From Camelus ferus (taxonomy: Eukaryota), in the NCBI RefSeq assembly GCF_009834535.1, contig NC_045696.1, forward strand, positions 18,602,001 through 18,666,000: a DNA stretch of 64,000 nt, given 5' to 3'. The position numbers and the translations under genes were made by a program. Below the pieces are notes generated by a model, which worked only from the letters and a program-made list of their open reading frames with translations, did not search any database and was not told where the DNA came from. Of the stretch, positions 35,216-50,077 are shown piece after piece (the stretch's first letter is position 1; every line of letters begins with the position of its first letter).

Positions 35216-38124
35216 AATTTGATTTAAATTTATTGAATGGCATAGACCAAATGAGTCTTTTGAATTTAATTTTCTGTATGTTATGGTTTCCTAATAACTA
35301 TTACTCATTTTGAATGCTTTAATTTTCCATATATTAATCTAGCTTACATTTTATTTATTCTCAGATAATTGCATTTCAATTTATATATTATTTCCATCAT
35401 ATTATTTTATGGTTTACTATATTTTAACTTTTGATTGTTTCTCTATTTTTTATAGGTTGTGCTTTGTTCTTGTTGTCCTTTGCTAAATATTTAAATCCAT
35501 ATATTTCTTTTTAGTGTTTAAATTAACAAGGGTATTTAATACTGTTACTGTTATTCTGTTGTCACTTTTCATCTACATCCTATCAGGACTGATATATGAT
35601 GTTTAAATTATGCACGTGTGTGTATATATTCTAGATATTCTTAAATTATTTTGATTCATGAATGATTAATATGGTTTGTAATGCTATTATAAAATAGTTA
35701 TTTTTTTTAAGTTGCATTTTCTTTATCTGGTTCTGTTATTGGCATTTTAGTGTAAATAATTACATAGTCTTAAATATTTTCACATTTTAGGAATTTGTTA
35801 TAGTTGTGCTTTGTGAGATTACACATGATCCATTTTTCTTTTCTGTAAATACTTAAACATTGATTTTATCTCTTGGGTTTATATTTTATTTAGTCCTTTA
35901 TTTCATTAGATAATTTTTTTTTTCCTATGGAGATTAAGCTGCTAAGAGTATAGGATAGTTAAGTTCTCATTTACACTATTAAAATTTTTTGTACTGTTCG
36001 CTCTTCTAACACCATCTTTCTTAGCTCATCTCTTGTGACCCCTTATTTCCATAAATCATGTAGAAACACACGTACATAAATTAATAATTAAATATGTTCA
36101 TTTAACATCTATCTATTCATGATAGACAAAAGAAGACAAGTCCTAGGCCAAAATAATAAATAAAACTCAGTATAATTTTACATGCCAGTATCTTTAACTA
36201 GGATGGTTCCTCCTCGCGCTAGTTGCTATACCTGTAGAGTGTTCTTAATTTGCCTAAGTTTATTATTCCTGGATTTTTAAACAATAAATTAAGTAATTAC
36301 TATTTTTTCCTAGTCCATAGTAGAAGTTAAAGAAAAACTGCTCTCAATTCACGTGTTGGGGACAGGAAGGAAAAAGGGTAACTAAAGGAAACCTGTTTTA
36401 CTGATAATCATTTTGAGATCTACAGATAGTTTTATGATAATAACTTCATTATTTGGTGAACATATTTAGGTAGTTGTGCTGACAAACTCAAAATTAATGA
36501 GCCTTTTTTAATTAAAAAAAGTTCATGTTTTAGTTTCCATCTAACATATTTCACATGCATTGAACTCAGTTGCAGTTAACTAATCCTTTGCAGAACCAAT
36601 TTAATACAAGTTACTTTTACTTTTATGATTGGAATAAACATCTAGATTGAAGAAGCAGCCTTTTTTCCCTCTGATTTAAAATAAACTTTTCACAGAATGC
36701 ATTAATTGAAATGGCTAGTGTGATCTTCCCCAGCTTTGTAAATAAGCATGAAAGTATTCAGGAGAAAGTGAGTTTGTGTTGTAAAAGCCAGTTTGCAAAG
36801 CATGTTGTTAGATAAATGACCCTAGCTCTGTAAAGTTAGACAATTATTACTGAAAGTTAACATTTTTACTTTATTTAACTTGACTGAGTATTGAATATAT
36901 TACTGATACATTTTTATAAAATATAAACACTAAACTACAAAATTTACAAAAATAAAAATGATACAACTCATCAACTTATGATTGTTTGAATCATACAAGT
37001 TTTAAATTAATTTTAAATGTGTCCTTTTAAATATAGATGTATTTCTAAAAAATTGTTGAGTAAAGGAAAAGTATAGACATCATAAAATTTTCTTTATTCA
37101 TAATTCCACTTGGCTGACTTTGAGAGAAAACAATACAAATACAAAGGTGAAAATGAACTTCCTTTTGGGGAACTGGAAAAAAACTTCATACTTTAATTGC
37201 CATAATGTTTGACTCTCTCACAAATCTATGCTCAGATCTTTTTGTTGTGGTTATTGTTGCCTCTTTTTTTCCTCACATTTTTTCAGACTTATCTTTCTTC
37301 ACATCAGAGTTAAAGCCTTCTGAATTAGTAACAAAAGATATTTACATTAAACCTACGTTTTTGGTTAATATTAAACCTGATATCTGTAAACAAACAATGT
37401 GTCAATTACTCATCAAAGAAAACAATATGAATTACTAATGCTAGTGTAATGAATTCAATTAAAATTACAAGTCTTTTAGGAGAAAAATCTAGGTTCTCTC
37501 AGTTTATTGATTTCATTATTAAGTTGCTGCAATGATCAGGGATGGTTGCAAACTCTGATGATTGTAATTTTCAAACCAAGATTACCTGATGATTTTCTGA
37601 AACACTAATCAGTTTTACTTAATGTAACTGTGAATCTGTAGCCCTAAAACACACTGATATTAAAGTTTTGTTGTAAATGAAATCAAGATGTGAGAGAGAA
37701 CTTTGGAATTAGATGTTGATTTCATAAAAGTGACATATAAATAGAAAACTATAACATCTTTAATTTATATTCTTTTGTTAACAGCATCCTTGTACTTTAG
37801 CCAAACAGCAACTGGTGTGGGTTTTAAGGTACTGTGGTTCAGTAACTGATTCACAATTAAAACATGAGTTTTCACTTTTCCTTCCACAAAGTAACTGTAG
37901 GACATACATGCATTTATTTCTGTCTATCTCACTTATCAAATGAAACAAAATATATAATCTCTTACTTATTGGAAATGTATGACAACAAGTAATTTAAAAT
38001 TTTCTTCTGAACTATTGTTATTCCTTTAAAATTGAAATTGTGTTGCATTATGAGATATATCTGCTTTTCACAGCACCTTGTAATTTACCATTCTGTCCAG
38101 GAGGGGCATAATAATTAACACTTC

Positions 38125-38350
38125 CCTCTTTGGAACCAGAATTCTTAGTTCACAGCTATGAAGTAGGCCAGTTTTGCAATCTTGTGTATGTTACTGCTCA
38201 CTCTGTGTATCTAAGAGTCTTATATACAAAATGAGAATGATAATGATATTTACTTCATAGAATTGTTTTGATATTACATGAGCTAATTCATGAAAAGGAA
38301 AAGAAAAAAAATGCCCAGTGCACAATAGACCCACAGTGATGGTCAGTATT
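38125..38350 (+). mobile_element. MIR SINE
   Basis: ctttggaaccagaattcttagttc...aaaatgagaatgataatgatatttacttcatagaattgtt...atgagctaattcatg. Confidence 0.6.
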
Positions 38351-39344
38351 GTTTTTAATCTTGATCTCCATATTCTTTGGAGGTAGTGAAGAATGGTATA
38401 CTAGATGATCCTTCTTTATTTACTGCCTTCTGAACATTTTTATCTATATGGCTATACTTGTTTGTTTTCAATTTCAAATCTCCTGGCATGTGAGATTATA
38501 CTACCTACAACAGCATGATCTTCTGTGGCCAGCATTTTCTTGTATGGTATGTTACTGGTTATACATGGGTGTTAATATCAGAGCTCAGGAAGAATGATGC
38601 TACTAAATTTTGATGTTTGTAACATTTCATATTTTCTTTAATACTATCCAAAATTATCAGATAACTAATTAATAAAAGGTTTTTTTTTGAGAGATTAAAT
38701 TTTAGGCTATCAGTCAATATAAAGGAATATGAAGAAGTTAATATCATGCATTTTGGGCAGTCACTGTTCTATATTATAAATGTGCTATACTTCAACCAGA
38801 AATTAGAAAGTTTTATGATGGCTTCTAATCTGATAGCCCTCACATTAATCAAGTTCTACTTTTGGTAATTGGTGAAGATGTATTTAGACTTCAAATCCCA
38901 AATTCTTTATTTGAATGAAATGTCTTTGAACTTAATTACCTCACTAAATGAATCATGGAGAAGGAATGTTCCTTAAAAGGTCATTTCTTTCAGTTTTTTT
39001 TAACATTATACTACTTGAATTCCAAAGATATGAGAAAAGGAAGGAGGAAAAAGGCTAATGGCCTCTGAATTCTCACTTGAGCTTTAGGAAAAAAAAAAAG
39101 CAAATGAGTATTTCTAAACGTTAGGCATTCACATGTGTTTTGGTCAAAGTTACCATGGGCATAGATGTTTGAAAATGACTAAGTTTTTATTGAAATTGAC
39201 CCTAGATGGTATTGCTATTTTATTTTAAAATAATTATATTTGATAATGTGCTTTGCCAGCTTTCAGGCAATAGGTGGCTTTCATGTCAACATCTTTTACT
39301 TCATTCACTGGTTGGCTTTTTTCTTTTCTTTTCTTTTTTTTGGG

Positions 39345-39460
39345 CAGCTATAGACAGTAGACCATAGTAATTAAGGACGCAGAATCTGGCATACAAATTC
39401 TTCCACTAAGTAGTGATAGACTAAGGGACATTAGTTAACCACTCAGTCTCCAGTTGTCTT
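39345..39460 (+). mobile_element. MIR SINE fragment
   Basis: catagtaattaaggacgcagaatctgg...tcttccactaag...gggacattagttaaccactcagtctc. Confidence 0.5.
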
Positions 39461-39759
39461 GAGACAATTGTTTTGCAACGATATGGAGAAAGAAACAGTA
39501 TTTTTCCATCTAGAGAAAAACATTTGTTGAAAAGACGACTCCTTCATTTTGTCATGATATGTATATATAATTGTCATATGTATATAATTGTCATGATAAC
39601 CTTAATGAAATTAATCAACCATATACATCAGAATTTATTTCTAGACTTTCAATATATTACATTGTTCTGTAAATCCAGCATTAACCCAATCCTAGAAGGT
39701 CTTTTGAGGAATCCTTAGGATCCAAATATAAAAGATCTGGAAATATAGTTACGCTTTTT

Positions 39760-40570
39760 TTCTTGCAATCTAGATATCTTTTCATGATTTTCTGATTGCT
39801 CTGGCTAGAACCTGCTGCTCAGTGTTGGATAGAAGTGGTGAAAGCAGACATCCTTATCTTGTTCCTGATCTTAGCGGGCAAGTTTTCAATTTTACATCAT
39901 TAAGTACGATTAGCTTTGGTATTTCATAAATACCCCATATCAGCAGGTTGATAAAGTTCCCTCTTTTCCTTATTTGTTGAGGATTTTTATTATAAAAAGG
40001 TGTTGGATTTTTTTTTAACCAATGTTTTTTCCTGCATTTATTAAATGGAATTTTTTGTCCTTTATACTGTTAATATGATGTATTAGATTGGTTGATTTTT
40101 GCCAATCATTTAATCAGCGTTGCCGTCTTGTGAGTTAGTCCACTTGGTCATGGTGTGTAATACATGTATGTATATGCTGCTAGACTCAGTTGACTAGTAT
40201 CTTCCTGAAGGTCTTTTCCCCTTGTGTCTTAAGATATAAGGTGAGTTCATTGAAATGAGATCTCCCTCTCTCTCTCTATCACAAATATACTCTTATACCT
40301 TTCTCTCTAATCATTGCTTTACCTTTATCTCATAATATATAGTTTATTGTTTTTTGTTTGTTTTATTTTCAAAAACTGTTTTGCTTTAAAAGTATTTTCT
40401 AAATTCTTTGTGATTTCTCTTTGGCCCATTGGATGTTATACATTGTCTAGTTTCCACATACTTAAGACTTTTTTCTTATTTCTTTGTTACTGATTTCCAA
40501 CTTAATTCCTTTGTATTAGAGGACTTATTTTTGTATAATACAAATCTTTTAAAATTCAGGACTTGTTGGA
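39760..40570 (-). mobile_element. Old L1M fragments
   Basis: gatagaagtggtgaaagcagacatccttatcttgttcctgatcttag and cacttggtcatggtgtgtaa match the L1 ORF2 reverse strand. Confidence 0.75.
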
Positions 40571-42200
40571 AGCAAGGAGAGAGGGAAGCAGGGAGGGAAC
40601 CAATGACGATGGTGTTTAAACCAGTCTATCATACTCCAGGGCATCTACTTCTAACCAGAAAGTTATCTTGTCTCTTCTGTAGGTATCAGAATATCATCAT
40701 ATTTTCGATCCCCCTTTCCACTTCTCTAGTTTATTCCAGAATCAAGGTTTTTTCCTCTATGCTTTTCAACCACCTTCTAATTGATTCTCTGCCTCCTAGA
40801 CATAAATTTGAGTTAGTTACTGACTGCTTTGTGCTTAAAACACACACAGTCAAGGCAAATCATTACTTAATTGCTAATTCCTTCTGCAACCCCAAACCTC
40901 AGCCTCTCCTACCTTAATGTCACTCAACTACTCTTAGCTCCCTGGACATAGCGTTTCCTTGATTATATTCCAGTGCATGGAACACTGCACTTTTCCATAA
41001 TGTGGATCACACCGTCTCATCCTTCAGGCTATGGCTTTCACATAACTTATTTTCAAAAGCTTTCCTTACCTAAGAAAGCTTTGTCTGGTGCCAGATTATT
41101 TACAGATTTAGTTAGCATCTAGAAACTTTATGCTGAACACACAGGTTTGGTCAAAATTAAGGTCACATAGGATATTTCACGGAGAATAGCTGTCAGGCAT
41201 AAGGAACACTACGTACTGTTTTCTCAGTTCAGGGACCAATTAAGAACCAAAGTGGAAATCTGTACGTTCACTAGGCCTCCTGGGTAGCAATTTTATTTCT
41301 GTTAAGCTTAGATTTTACAGTATTTGGTGCTACACATTAAAAACAAAGGCTTAAATTATAGTGAGAGTCATGGCTGCTGCATCGTTATAGATAGTTTATT
41401 CTAGGCGTCCTTATTTTATCATATGGTTTATGCTAATTAACCATTCTTGACACCTGGGCTTCTAAAATAAAAGTCTGTTCAAAAGGAAAGTAAAGATGAA
41501 GGGTAGAATGATTTAGCACCCTCATCTCCTCTTTCCCCACTCACTACTCTACGTGTCGCAGGTGTGTTCCAGGCTTATCGCTGCAGCTTGAAAGGCTCTG
41601 ATGAAATGTCAGTACCTGTCCAAGTATTAATATTGTGTGCTTGATTTCGGCCAGGCACCTTGGACTTTCCTTGGGAAGTGTGTCTCTTAACAAGACAGAT
41701 GGTATTATTTGTAATGCCCTCTGCCGCTAAACTTGGCACAGGAAATAACGTTTCTGCACTTGGTTTCTTGATGTCAGAGTTGGGAGTATTTCTATAGTTA
41801 ACCAGCAGACTTCTGAAGTTATTTCAAGTTAATGGGGAAGTTAATTCAGAATTTCAAAGAGAAATCCCTTGTTAAGTGTCATGATGAAGAATTAGATTTT
41901 TTTTTTTTGGATCATATTTTTTCAGGGCCCCAGAGATAATGCAATTGTTTATTAATCACACTGTAATCACACTTCTATTCTGTGGGGTCCAAAAATAGCA
42001 AATGGGAAACACATCTATCAGACTTATGCTGAGAACTAGACTTGGAGATCAGCTTAGGGTGAAGAACCAAGAAAACCTCTTTCTTCACCTCCAATCGTGT
42101 TAAACTCACAACTCTAGGAAATGATGAAACGTTACAATGGATCAGCTTTTGGAAATCTGAAAGTAACTAAATATTGGAAGCACACTGTATTTGAAGGAAC

Positions 42201-42405
42201 TGATAAGGGTTGAAAGATGTCCCCCAAAATACGCTGAAGTCCTAATCCCCAGTACCTGTGCATGTGACCTTACTTGGAAATAGTGTCTTTGCAGATGGTC
42301 AAGTTAAGATGAGATCATTAGTATGAGCCACAATCCAATGTGACTACTGTCTTTTTAAAAAGGGGAAATTGGGGCACAGGGGCAGATACACAAGAATGCC
42401 TTGCA
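42201..42405 (+). mobile_element. MLT1B/C LTR 5' fragment
   Basis: tgaagtcctaatccccagtacctgtgcatgtgaccttacttggaaatagtgtctttgcagatg...aagttaagatgagatcattag; homologous to the element at 29437. Confidence 0.85.
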
Positions 42406-42414
42406 AAGATTTAA

Positions 42415-43260
42415 GAAAGGTATATTTAAAATTGAAATTAAAATAACTGAATATTCCATTTTAATACTATAACAATACTTGACTAGAAGTAGTTTAAGAC
42501 TACTTTCCTTAAAAACTATTGATATTTTTTGCTCTGAGCTTTTTATTTCATCCATGCATGATCGTGTAATATTATGCATTTATAATTAAAAAATACTGCT
42601 TAGTGATGCTGCAGATCTTCCAAACGCTGACATCTTTCATTAAACAACATCAAGATCACATTCATTAATTACAAACCAATGTCATCAGAAAATTCTTAAA
42701 GTGTTCAGAACATGTCAAGCTTAAGATGGCAGATGCAAGTCTTCCAAAATGCTAATTTGTACTTGAAAGTTCACATTTTATTACTGGCAACACATTTGTT
42801 GTTTTCCTCGAAACGGCAGGCTTACTTCATTCATTTTTGAGAATAGCTACCAAATTTCCAGTCTGAATAATGATTGTTAGTCATACTTTCAAAAGTGCTT
42901 TTCCTTGATGCAACCATTGTACATTTGTATGAAACAGAGAAGAATTGTGCCATGTATAGTTCTTATTTCATCACATGAAGTATCAAAAAGCATTGGTTTA
43001 AGAAAATTAATATTTACTACTTCATCAAGGACGTTTGTTACTGAAACAGGCTTTTTAGTTTTCTCTTTTCCTGTATCCAGTATTGAAAATCATGACTCCT
43101 AGGTTAACTTGTTGTGATTGCCTTACTTTGGGCCCCAGCAGTTTTACCCCACATTGCTTTTGCATCGTCAAACCGAATGTCAACACAGAGATGAAGGCAA
43201 ATAATACAAATGACATCTTAGCAGTATTATGAGATGGTTTGGTCTCATTGAACCCTGCTG
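42415..43260 (-). mobile_element. hAT Charlie1-type DNA transposon fossil with transposase remnant
   Basis: Minus strand reads tgttgacatt...gatgcaaaagcaatgtggggtaaaactgctgg and gtccttgatgaagtagtaaa. Translation CDEIRTIH..LL.FHTNVQWL resembles the Charlie/Buster motif CDEMGS.H..LLLHTEVRWLSRG. Confidence 0.8.
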
Positions 43261-44879
43261 ATTTAGATATCTAAGGATATTCATTAACTTTTTCCTTTTC
43301 TCCCAGTCTGATGACCTGCCTAATCCTGGTCTCACAACCTGTATTTCATCACACTTGGAGCTTTTTGTTCTGAAAGCCTGCTCCTTGCAGCAGTATCCCA
43401 AAGCAGCTATAAAATGTTCGTTCCAATTCCCAACTACAAGGGGTCAAAGGGAGAACCTGTCAAGCTACTGTAAAGTATGGCAGTAGAGCCTTAACTAAGG
43501 GGCAGAAAGAATAATCTGTCCCTTCATTCTTTGGAGGCTGTGTTCAGAAACAGCATCTTGAACACAATACAAGATCAAACTGAGCACCTATAGTAACAGG
43601 TGTCAAGGTGTTCTAGGGATCTGCTGCTGTGAAGGAATACACAAGTGCTTAAGTAGGCGTTAACCAAGGGTGATACATTTTTGACCTATGACCTGACAAG
43701 AACAAGGAAACATAATAGACATCCTATGTTGTTCCAGTGAAATTTGTTTTCATCATTAGATTTTGATCTCGTATATAATCTTATACCTAATATTCTTTAG
43801 ATTTACTCAAGATAATGACCAACTTGCTTAATTACTTTAATCATCAATCTACTACTTAAAAATTGAGACTATAATAGCAAACAATTGTACATTAGCATCA
43901 ACATCAATGACTAATAATTTATGTGATTAAAACTATTTTACATCAAGAAATAAGAATTTTAGTGTAGATTTAAAATAGTTTCCTTATCAAATTGTAGTCT
44001 GTTTCACAGAAGGAATAACCATTATCTTAGCATAGTTTACAGAGTACATTCTTGCCATCCCCATTTTGTGCAGAAAAGCCACTTCACCATATGTTCACTT
44101 ATAGCCCATTAAGCTTAAAGTACAAATTGACTATTCTAATCTCTTTTCTAATATGTAAGACACATATTTATTAATAATAACAACCATTAATTTTACTAAA
44201 ATTTATATCTTAGGCAATATATCTTTCTTGAATTACCTGTCATGTTGAAAGCAGTTCCTTTTAATTTGATTACTTAAATTAGTCTTTTTTCTGCAAGTGG
44301 CTAATTTTAATTGTTTTAAGCTGATTAAATATATTTTAATCTTTTTTATTTATAATTATCATATGTTTTCAATTTACATACCTCTGCATGAAAAGCAACT
44401 AGGATAGTATACTATAATACCCAATACAGTTCCTTTTGCAATTTAATTTGTGCATTATTGCCACATTTTAAGAGAAAACAGCAGGCTTCACAATAGCAAT
44501 CACTTTCCATAACTGTTAACATTTTAAAAATCTTTTAACTTTTTTGCACTTATTTGCATGGATTCAAATACCCATTTTTTTCATGTGCTTAAAGATTTGA
44601 GATTCACATTCAGTTCATCCAAAGCATTAACAATATGGTGCCATATTCAGTATTCAGACATTTTAAGAAAATTTTTTGCTTCACCTCTTGGAAATACCCT
44701 GCCCTTCACCCAAAAAATAATTTTTCTGGAAGATCAAAATGAAACTGTTTCCAATGAAGAAAGATTATAATGCCATTTTGTTTTAAGAATTGCTCCAAAT
44801 AAAAGTTAGTTCTTAGCATTTTAATTAATAGCTGTTAATATGTATATATTTCAACCAAAATATATCTTCTTTCATTATC

Positions 44880-46560
44880 AGTGCATGGAAACACAACATT
44901 TTTCTTTATATTAATCTTGTATCCTGCAAAGTTGCTAAATTTATTTATTCTAATAGTTTTTGGGTGGAGACTTTAGGGTACTTTATATAGAGCATCATGT
45001 TATCTGCAAATAGTGACAGTTTTACTTCTTCCTTTTCAATTTGGATACCTTTTATTTCTTCCTTGATTGCTGTGGCTAGGATGTCCAAGAATATGTTAAA
45101 TAGATGTGGTAAAAGTGGGCATCCTTGGCTTGTTCCAGAATTTAGCGGGAAGTCTGCGATTTCACTGAGTATGATGTTGGCTACGAGTTTGTTGTAAATG
45201 GCCTTGATTATGTTGAGAAATGTTCCCTCTGTACCCACCTTGATGAGAGTTTTTAACCATGAAGGGATGTTAAATTTTTGTCCAGTGCTTTTTCTGTGGC
45301 TGTTGAGATGATCATGTAGTTTTTTTGTCTTTCTGTTTGTTTAAGTGTTGTAACACTTTGATACGCATTTCTTGAACCATCCTTGTAACCCCGGAATAAA
45401 TTCAACTTGATTGCGGTGCAGGTTCCTTTTAATGTTGTGTTGGACTTGGTTTGCTAATTTGTTGAGGATTTTTGCATCCATATTCATCAAATATACTGGC
45501 CTGTAATCTTTTCTGTAGTGTCTTTGTCTAGTTTTGGTTTCAGGGTAACGAGGAACTTGAAGAATGATTTTGTGAGTGTACCCTCCTCTTCAGTTTTTTG
45601 GAAGAGTTTGAGAAGGATATGTGTAAGTACTTAATATGTTTATTAGAATTCCCCAGTGAAGCTGTCTGGCCCTGGACTTCTGTGTGCAGGAAGTTTTTAT
45701 TACAGATTCTTTTTTTTCCCCTAATTATTGATCTGTTCAAATTGTCTGTTTTTTCTTGATTCAGTCTTGGCAGGCTGCATATTTCTATTTTCCTTTTCTC
45801 GAGGTTGTCCAATTTGTTGGTGTAGAATTGTAGTGATCTCTTAGAATTTTTTTATTTCTTTGCTGTTACTTGTTAATTGTCCTCTTCCATTTTTGTTTTG
45901 TTTTGTTTTGTTTACTTAGATCCTTTCTCTTTTCTTTTTGGTAAGCCTGGCTAAAGATTTACCAATTTGTTTCAAAAAAAAAAAAGCTCTTGATTTTATT
46001 GATCTTTTCTATTTTTATCTTTTATCTCTTTATTTCTTCTTTGATCTTTATTATTTCCTTCCTTTTGCTGACATTGGGCTTTGTTCTTTCTAACTCTTTT
46101 AGGTGGTAGTTTAGGTTGTTTATTTGAAATGTCTGTTTCTTGAGAAAGATCTGTGTTGCTATGAACTTCTCTCTTAGAACTGCTTTTGCTTCATCCTGTA
46201 GATTTTGGAACATTGTGTTTTTATTTTCATTTCTCTCTAGGTGTTTTCTGGTTTCCTCTTTGATTTTATCATTGACCTACCCCTTTTTTTTAAAGCATGT
46301 GTCGTGTGTTTGTTCTTTCCCATTTTTCTTCAATTGTTTTCTAGTTTCATACCACTGTGGTCAGAAAAGATGTTTGATATAATTTCTATACTCTTAAATT
46401 TGTCAAGGATTGTTTTGTGACCAATTAAGTGATCTATCCTAGAGAACACTGCATGAGTGCTTGCAAAGAACATACATTCTGTGTTTTTGGATGTAGTGTC
46501 CTGTAGATATCAATTAAGTCCAACTGGTCTATTGTTTGATTTGGGACCTATATTGCTTTC
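44880..46560 (-). mobile_element. L1 ORF2 fragment (linker and RT)
   Basis: ORF track: [50 protein letters not shown] and AKAVLREKFIA. Collinear with ~22420-24130. Confidence 0.92.
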
Positions 46561-46659
46561 ACAGATACTATTCTTTGATCTCACAGGTCGCAAAGGACTT
46601 TGGTTAGTAAACTTGAAGGTGCTTTGTTGTTTTAATTTGCATATAACTTTTCTTGGGAA

Positions 46660-46776
46660 TTTTTTAAAGAAGAGTTTTTAATTCTGTGGAGTGAAGCCTA
46701 AGACTTTGCATTTGTAAATAATTCCAAGAAGAGGATAATACTGCTAGTCCAGAACCACACTTGGATTACCAAGGCT
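46660..46776. mobile_element. MER5-type hAT fossil
   Basis: gcctaagactttgcatttgtaaataattcca...ctgctagtccagaaccacacttggattaccaagg. Confidence 0.55.
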
Positions 46777-49700
46777 TTAAATTACTGTCTGACAATTTCT
46801 ATTTCTGAAAGTGAATATATACCCCAGACAGTACATCCTTAATGGTTCAAGGTTTTGCAGTGATAACTTCTTGTTCACTGCCTCCATTATAATTTGAAAG
46901 CAGAAAATGTTTTTTTATTTTAATTTCTCTGTAACTATTTCTCACTTGATTACTTTTATGAATGCTTGTTTATGTTTCACATGTACAAAATCTCCCTGAA
47001 TCCTATTGAAAGTACGCTTAAACATTTTTAGAACTAGTTTGTTTTTTGGTTACCATTAGTTTCGCAGTGAATTGTCTGTGCTTTTTATTTTTAATGAAAA
47101 ATCAACACAGTGAATATTACCTCTTTTTCTATTTGCTTATCTGTTTTTGAGGTAGTCTATGCATTCACAATTGGTGTGTATCGTTTGAATTAGATGTGGA
47201 ATCAGAACTGAAAGCAACTACTTGAGAGTGTCAGAATTCCTGTATATGTCCCTTTTAATGAAATAGTTGTTTATATTTATATACACAATACATTCATTTT
47301 ACATTTTAGAGTTCAGTAGTTTGAAAATGAAGGGGGGGACTTTTTACAATATTTATTTTCACAAAATAAGGTTTTATTTAGATCACACATTTATTTACCT
47401 CTCCTTTTCCTAACCTGTAATGTATGCTTATTTTTTTCTGCTTTGTTTGAATATTGCAACCAGATACTTAGCTTTCACCTCACAGTCTTTCTAGTAAACT
47501 TGAACATAGATATGTGAGATAGTTTATTCCTTCCAGATCCTCATAATGTGTCTTGTATGGGATTCTCAAAAATCTCTAGTAAAATTTTTATTCAAATTTA
47601 TTCATGGTCATCTTTCACTTTTTTTGATGAGACAGCCTGTACATAATATTTAAATACAATTCCATTCACATTGTTAATAGTAAAGACTCCTTATACATGC
47701 GATGTTGGTAAACTCTTATAATACATTTTTAGCATGCTTGCAGATTTTTCCAGTTCATTATTTTCAATTTTTCTTTTAATGAATAATAAGTGATGGGCAG
47801 AGTGTAATAGATATCTGTTAACTTGCTCAAATAGATTGTGTTCAGTTTTATTCTTTACTTAAGTGTTATTGAAGAAAGCACAATGCCTGAAGGGTAGAGT
47901 TAATTTTAATCAAATTTTTTGTTATATTGAGCATACATACTAGCTGTCTATATTGTGAACACAGATAATTCCATTTAAAACATCAGAAATAACTCTCTGC
48001 ACTACTATATTATACACGTTTAATCACCAATAGCTCTTCTTGAATATTTCAATTGCATCTTTTATATTTTCCTTATTGCATTATTCTACTAATCATAGAC
48101 TATTACTAGCCATGCTTTATATGCTATTTCACTGAAAGTCTTTGCAGAGATTTCCATTTTATGCTGCCACCATGATAAATTAAATATGTAGCCTAAGGTG
48201 ATTACTACTGGTTGGCTTTTCTTAAGCTATTTATGGTTGCTAGTGTGATTAGGAAATAATTGTTTGATTTATTTACTTATCTCTGCAGCTTATGGAAAAT
48301 GCTGTGCATTTGGCTGTAGTATCTTTCTCCATTCATTCATGTAAAAATGTAGACCAAAGCATAATTAAATAATCTCCCCCTGGATGAGAATGGTAACTTT
48401 AATCATTCTATGTTGTTTGTCAGACAATATAAAACAAATCTCCAGGTTAAGAGAATTAGAGTTTATCATTACAGTATTAATGACTATCTCAATTGCTGTA
48501 TTTTTTGTTTATATATTCCTTTGGATCCTGTGTAACCACATGAAAAATGTTTCTACAATTGTGGCTTTCACAGCACATTCATGAAAAGAATTTTAAAAGA
48601 AGCGCATGTTTCTATGTTTGTATTAACCAAATTAGTTAATAGAAAAATCTTGACCAATAGAACATCATGGACTGATAAAAATTTCACTAAAATTATAAGT
48701 AACTGTAGTTTGTCAATATGTTGATTATATATTACTGCCATACATGTTTTTGAACTATTAAAATCAACTATTTTTCTTTCTTAGATTTAACCATTGATTT
48801 TATTATAAAGCAATATTGCCATTTTAGAGAACACAACTTGAAATATAAGGATATTTGCTCTTTATTCACACAGATATAGATGTAAACTATTAAGTTAATA
48901 ATGAGTTTCATCTATAAACTCCCCAATTTTTATTTCCATGCATTTTATTGCAAACTTAAAAAACTCACATTGGTGCATTTTTGAAAGTTTAAAATTGATA
49001 CATTTGTAAATTATTGAACTGATGATTAATATAATTATTTATAAATGTCTTAATATTTCGTATTATTTGAGTTACATTTTTAATGGCAATAGTAAGTTGA
49101 ATATTTCCCATTACTTTCAATATATTAATATTAAATGTTTAATTGAAATTTCTGAATATTCTGTCACCCACACAGAGCCTTCTCTAGTTAACATAAAATG
49201 GTGTAAGTTTAGTTTTGCCAAAACTATATTTTTTCTCATGCAACTTTTATAAACAACTTCCTTATTTTGCTTTATTTTTTCTCTCAAGTTTTATATTTTC
49301 TCTAATTAATGGAGTAATTTAAACAGGTAATGTGTCATTAAAGATAAATGTTTTCTGTTTGTCCTTTATATACTTCATATCTTTCTATGACAATTTGCAT
49401 GTTTCAAAGAGAAATTGCCTTGAAAACAGTATTTCTAGTCTTTTCACTGGGGTTGAATTGTTTGCAAAACAGTTTAAAGCAGTGTCTTCAAATAAAGTTA
49501 CAAATGGCTAACATCAATCAGAATTAAAGAATGGTACTTCAGTTTTTTTTTTTTTAATTTGCCAAATTGGCAAAGTTTAAAAAAGAATCACATTAATGGA
49601 TATATTCTTTGGCTAAGTTTGAAACTACTGGCAGTGATACATTGCTGGCAGAAATGTAAATTGGTAGAAATTTCCTAGGTTGCAATTTAGAAAATTTTAC

Positions 49701-49782
49701 TTTGTTATAATGTATTAATTATCTTAATATCTGTGAAGATGGAAAGTCATTTACTTTTCTTTCCAGATAATCTTCAAAATGA

Positions 49783-49801
49783 ACAATAACAACAACAACA
49801 A
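49783..49801 (+). repeat. (AAC)n microsatellite
   Basis: aacaataacaacaacaaca. Confidence 0.8.
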
Positions 49802-50077
49802 AAAAACTACATCAACACTAAAAACTGTAGCAAGGTATCATCCACACACTAAACATATTCAAGGAAATTCTGACGGATTAAAACACAGATGTAATAATGC
49901 CGAAAATGAATATGTTTTTGAAAAAAATGTGATGAAATGTCAGACAAGAAGTCACTATATGAAAAAAAAAAACTGAAGTCATTAAAGAAAAGCATAGTTT
50001 ACTCTGCTTTCACTTAGAATATCTCAGCTACATTAATATCCCTCTCATCATTATCGTTATATTCATCACTTCCATTT

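Noticed and set aside
37785..37828. Possible 44-nt exon (ttgttaacag ... aag/gtactg)
   Set aside because: Weak donor, unrecognised peptide, no partner exons.
40429..40917. 162-aa ORF
   Set aside because: TTG start, begins in antisense L1 remnants, F/L/S-rich composition typical of T-rich non-coding DNA, no homology recognised.
44945..45238. Reverse transcriptase-like ORF as a novel RT system
   Set aside because: It is ordinary L1 ORF2 with a mutated catalytic motif (FADN) and surrounding frameshifts.
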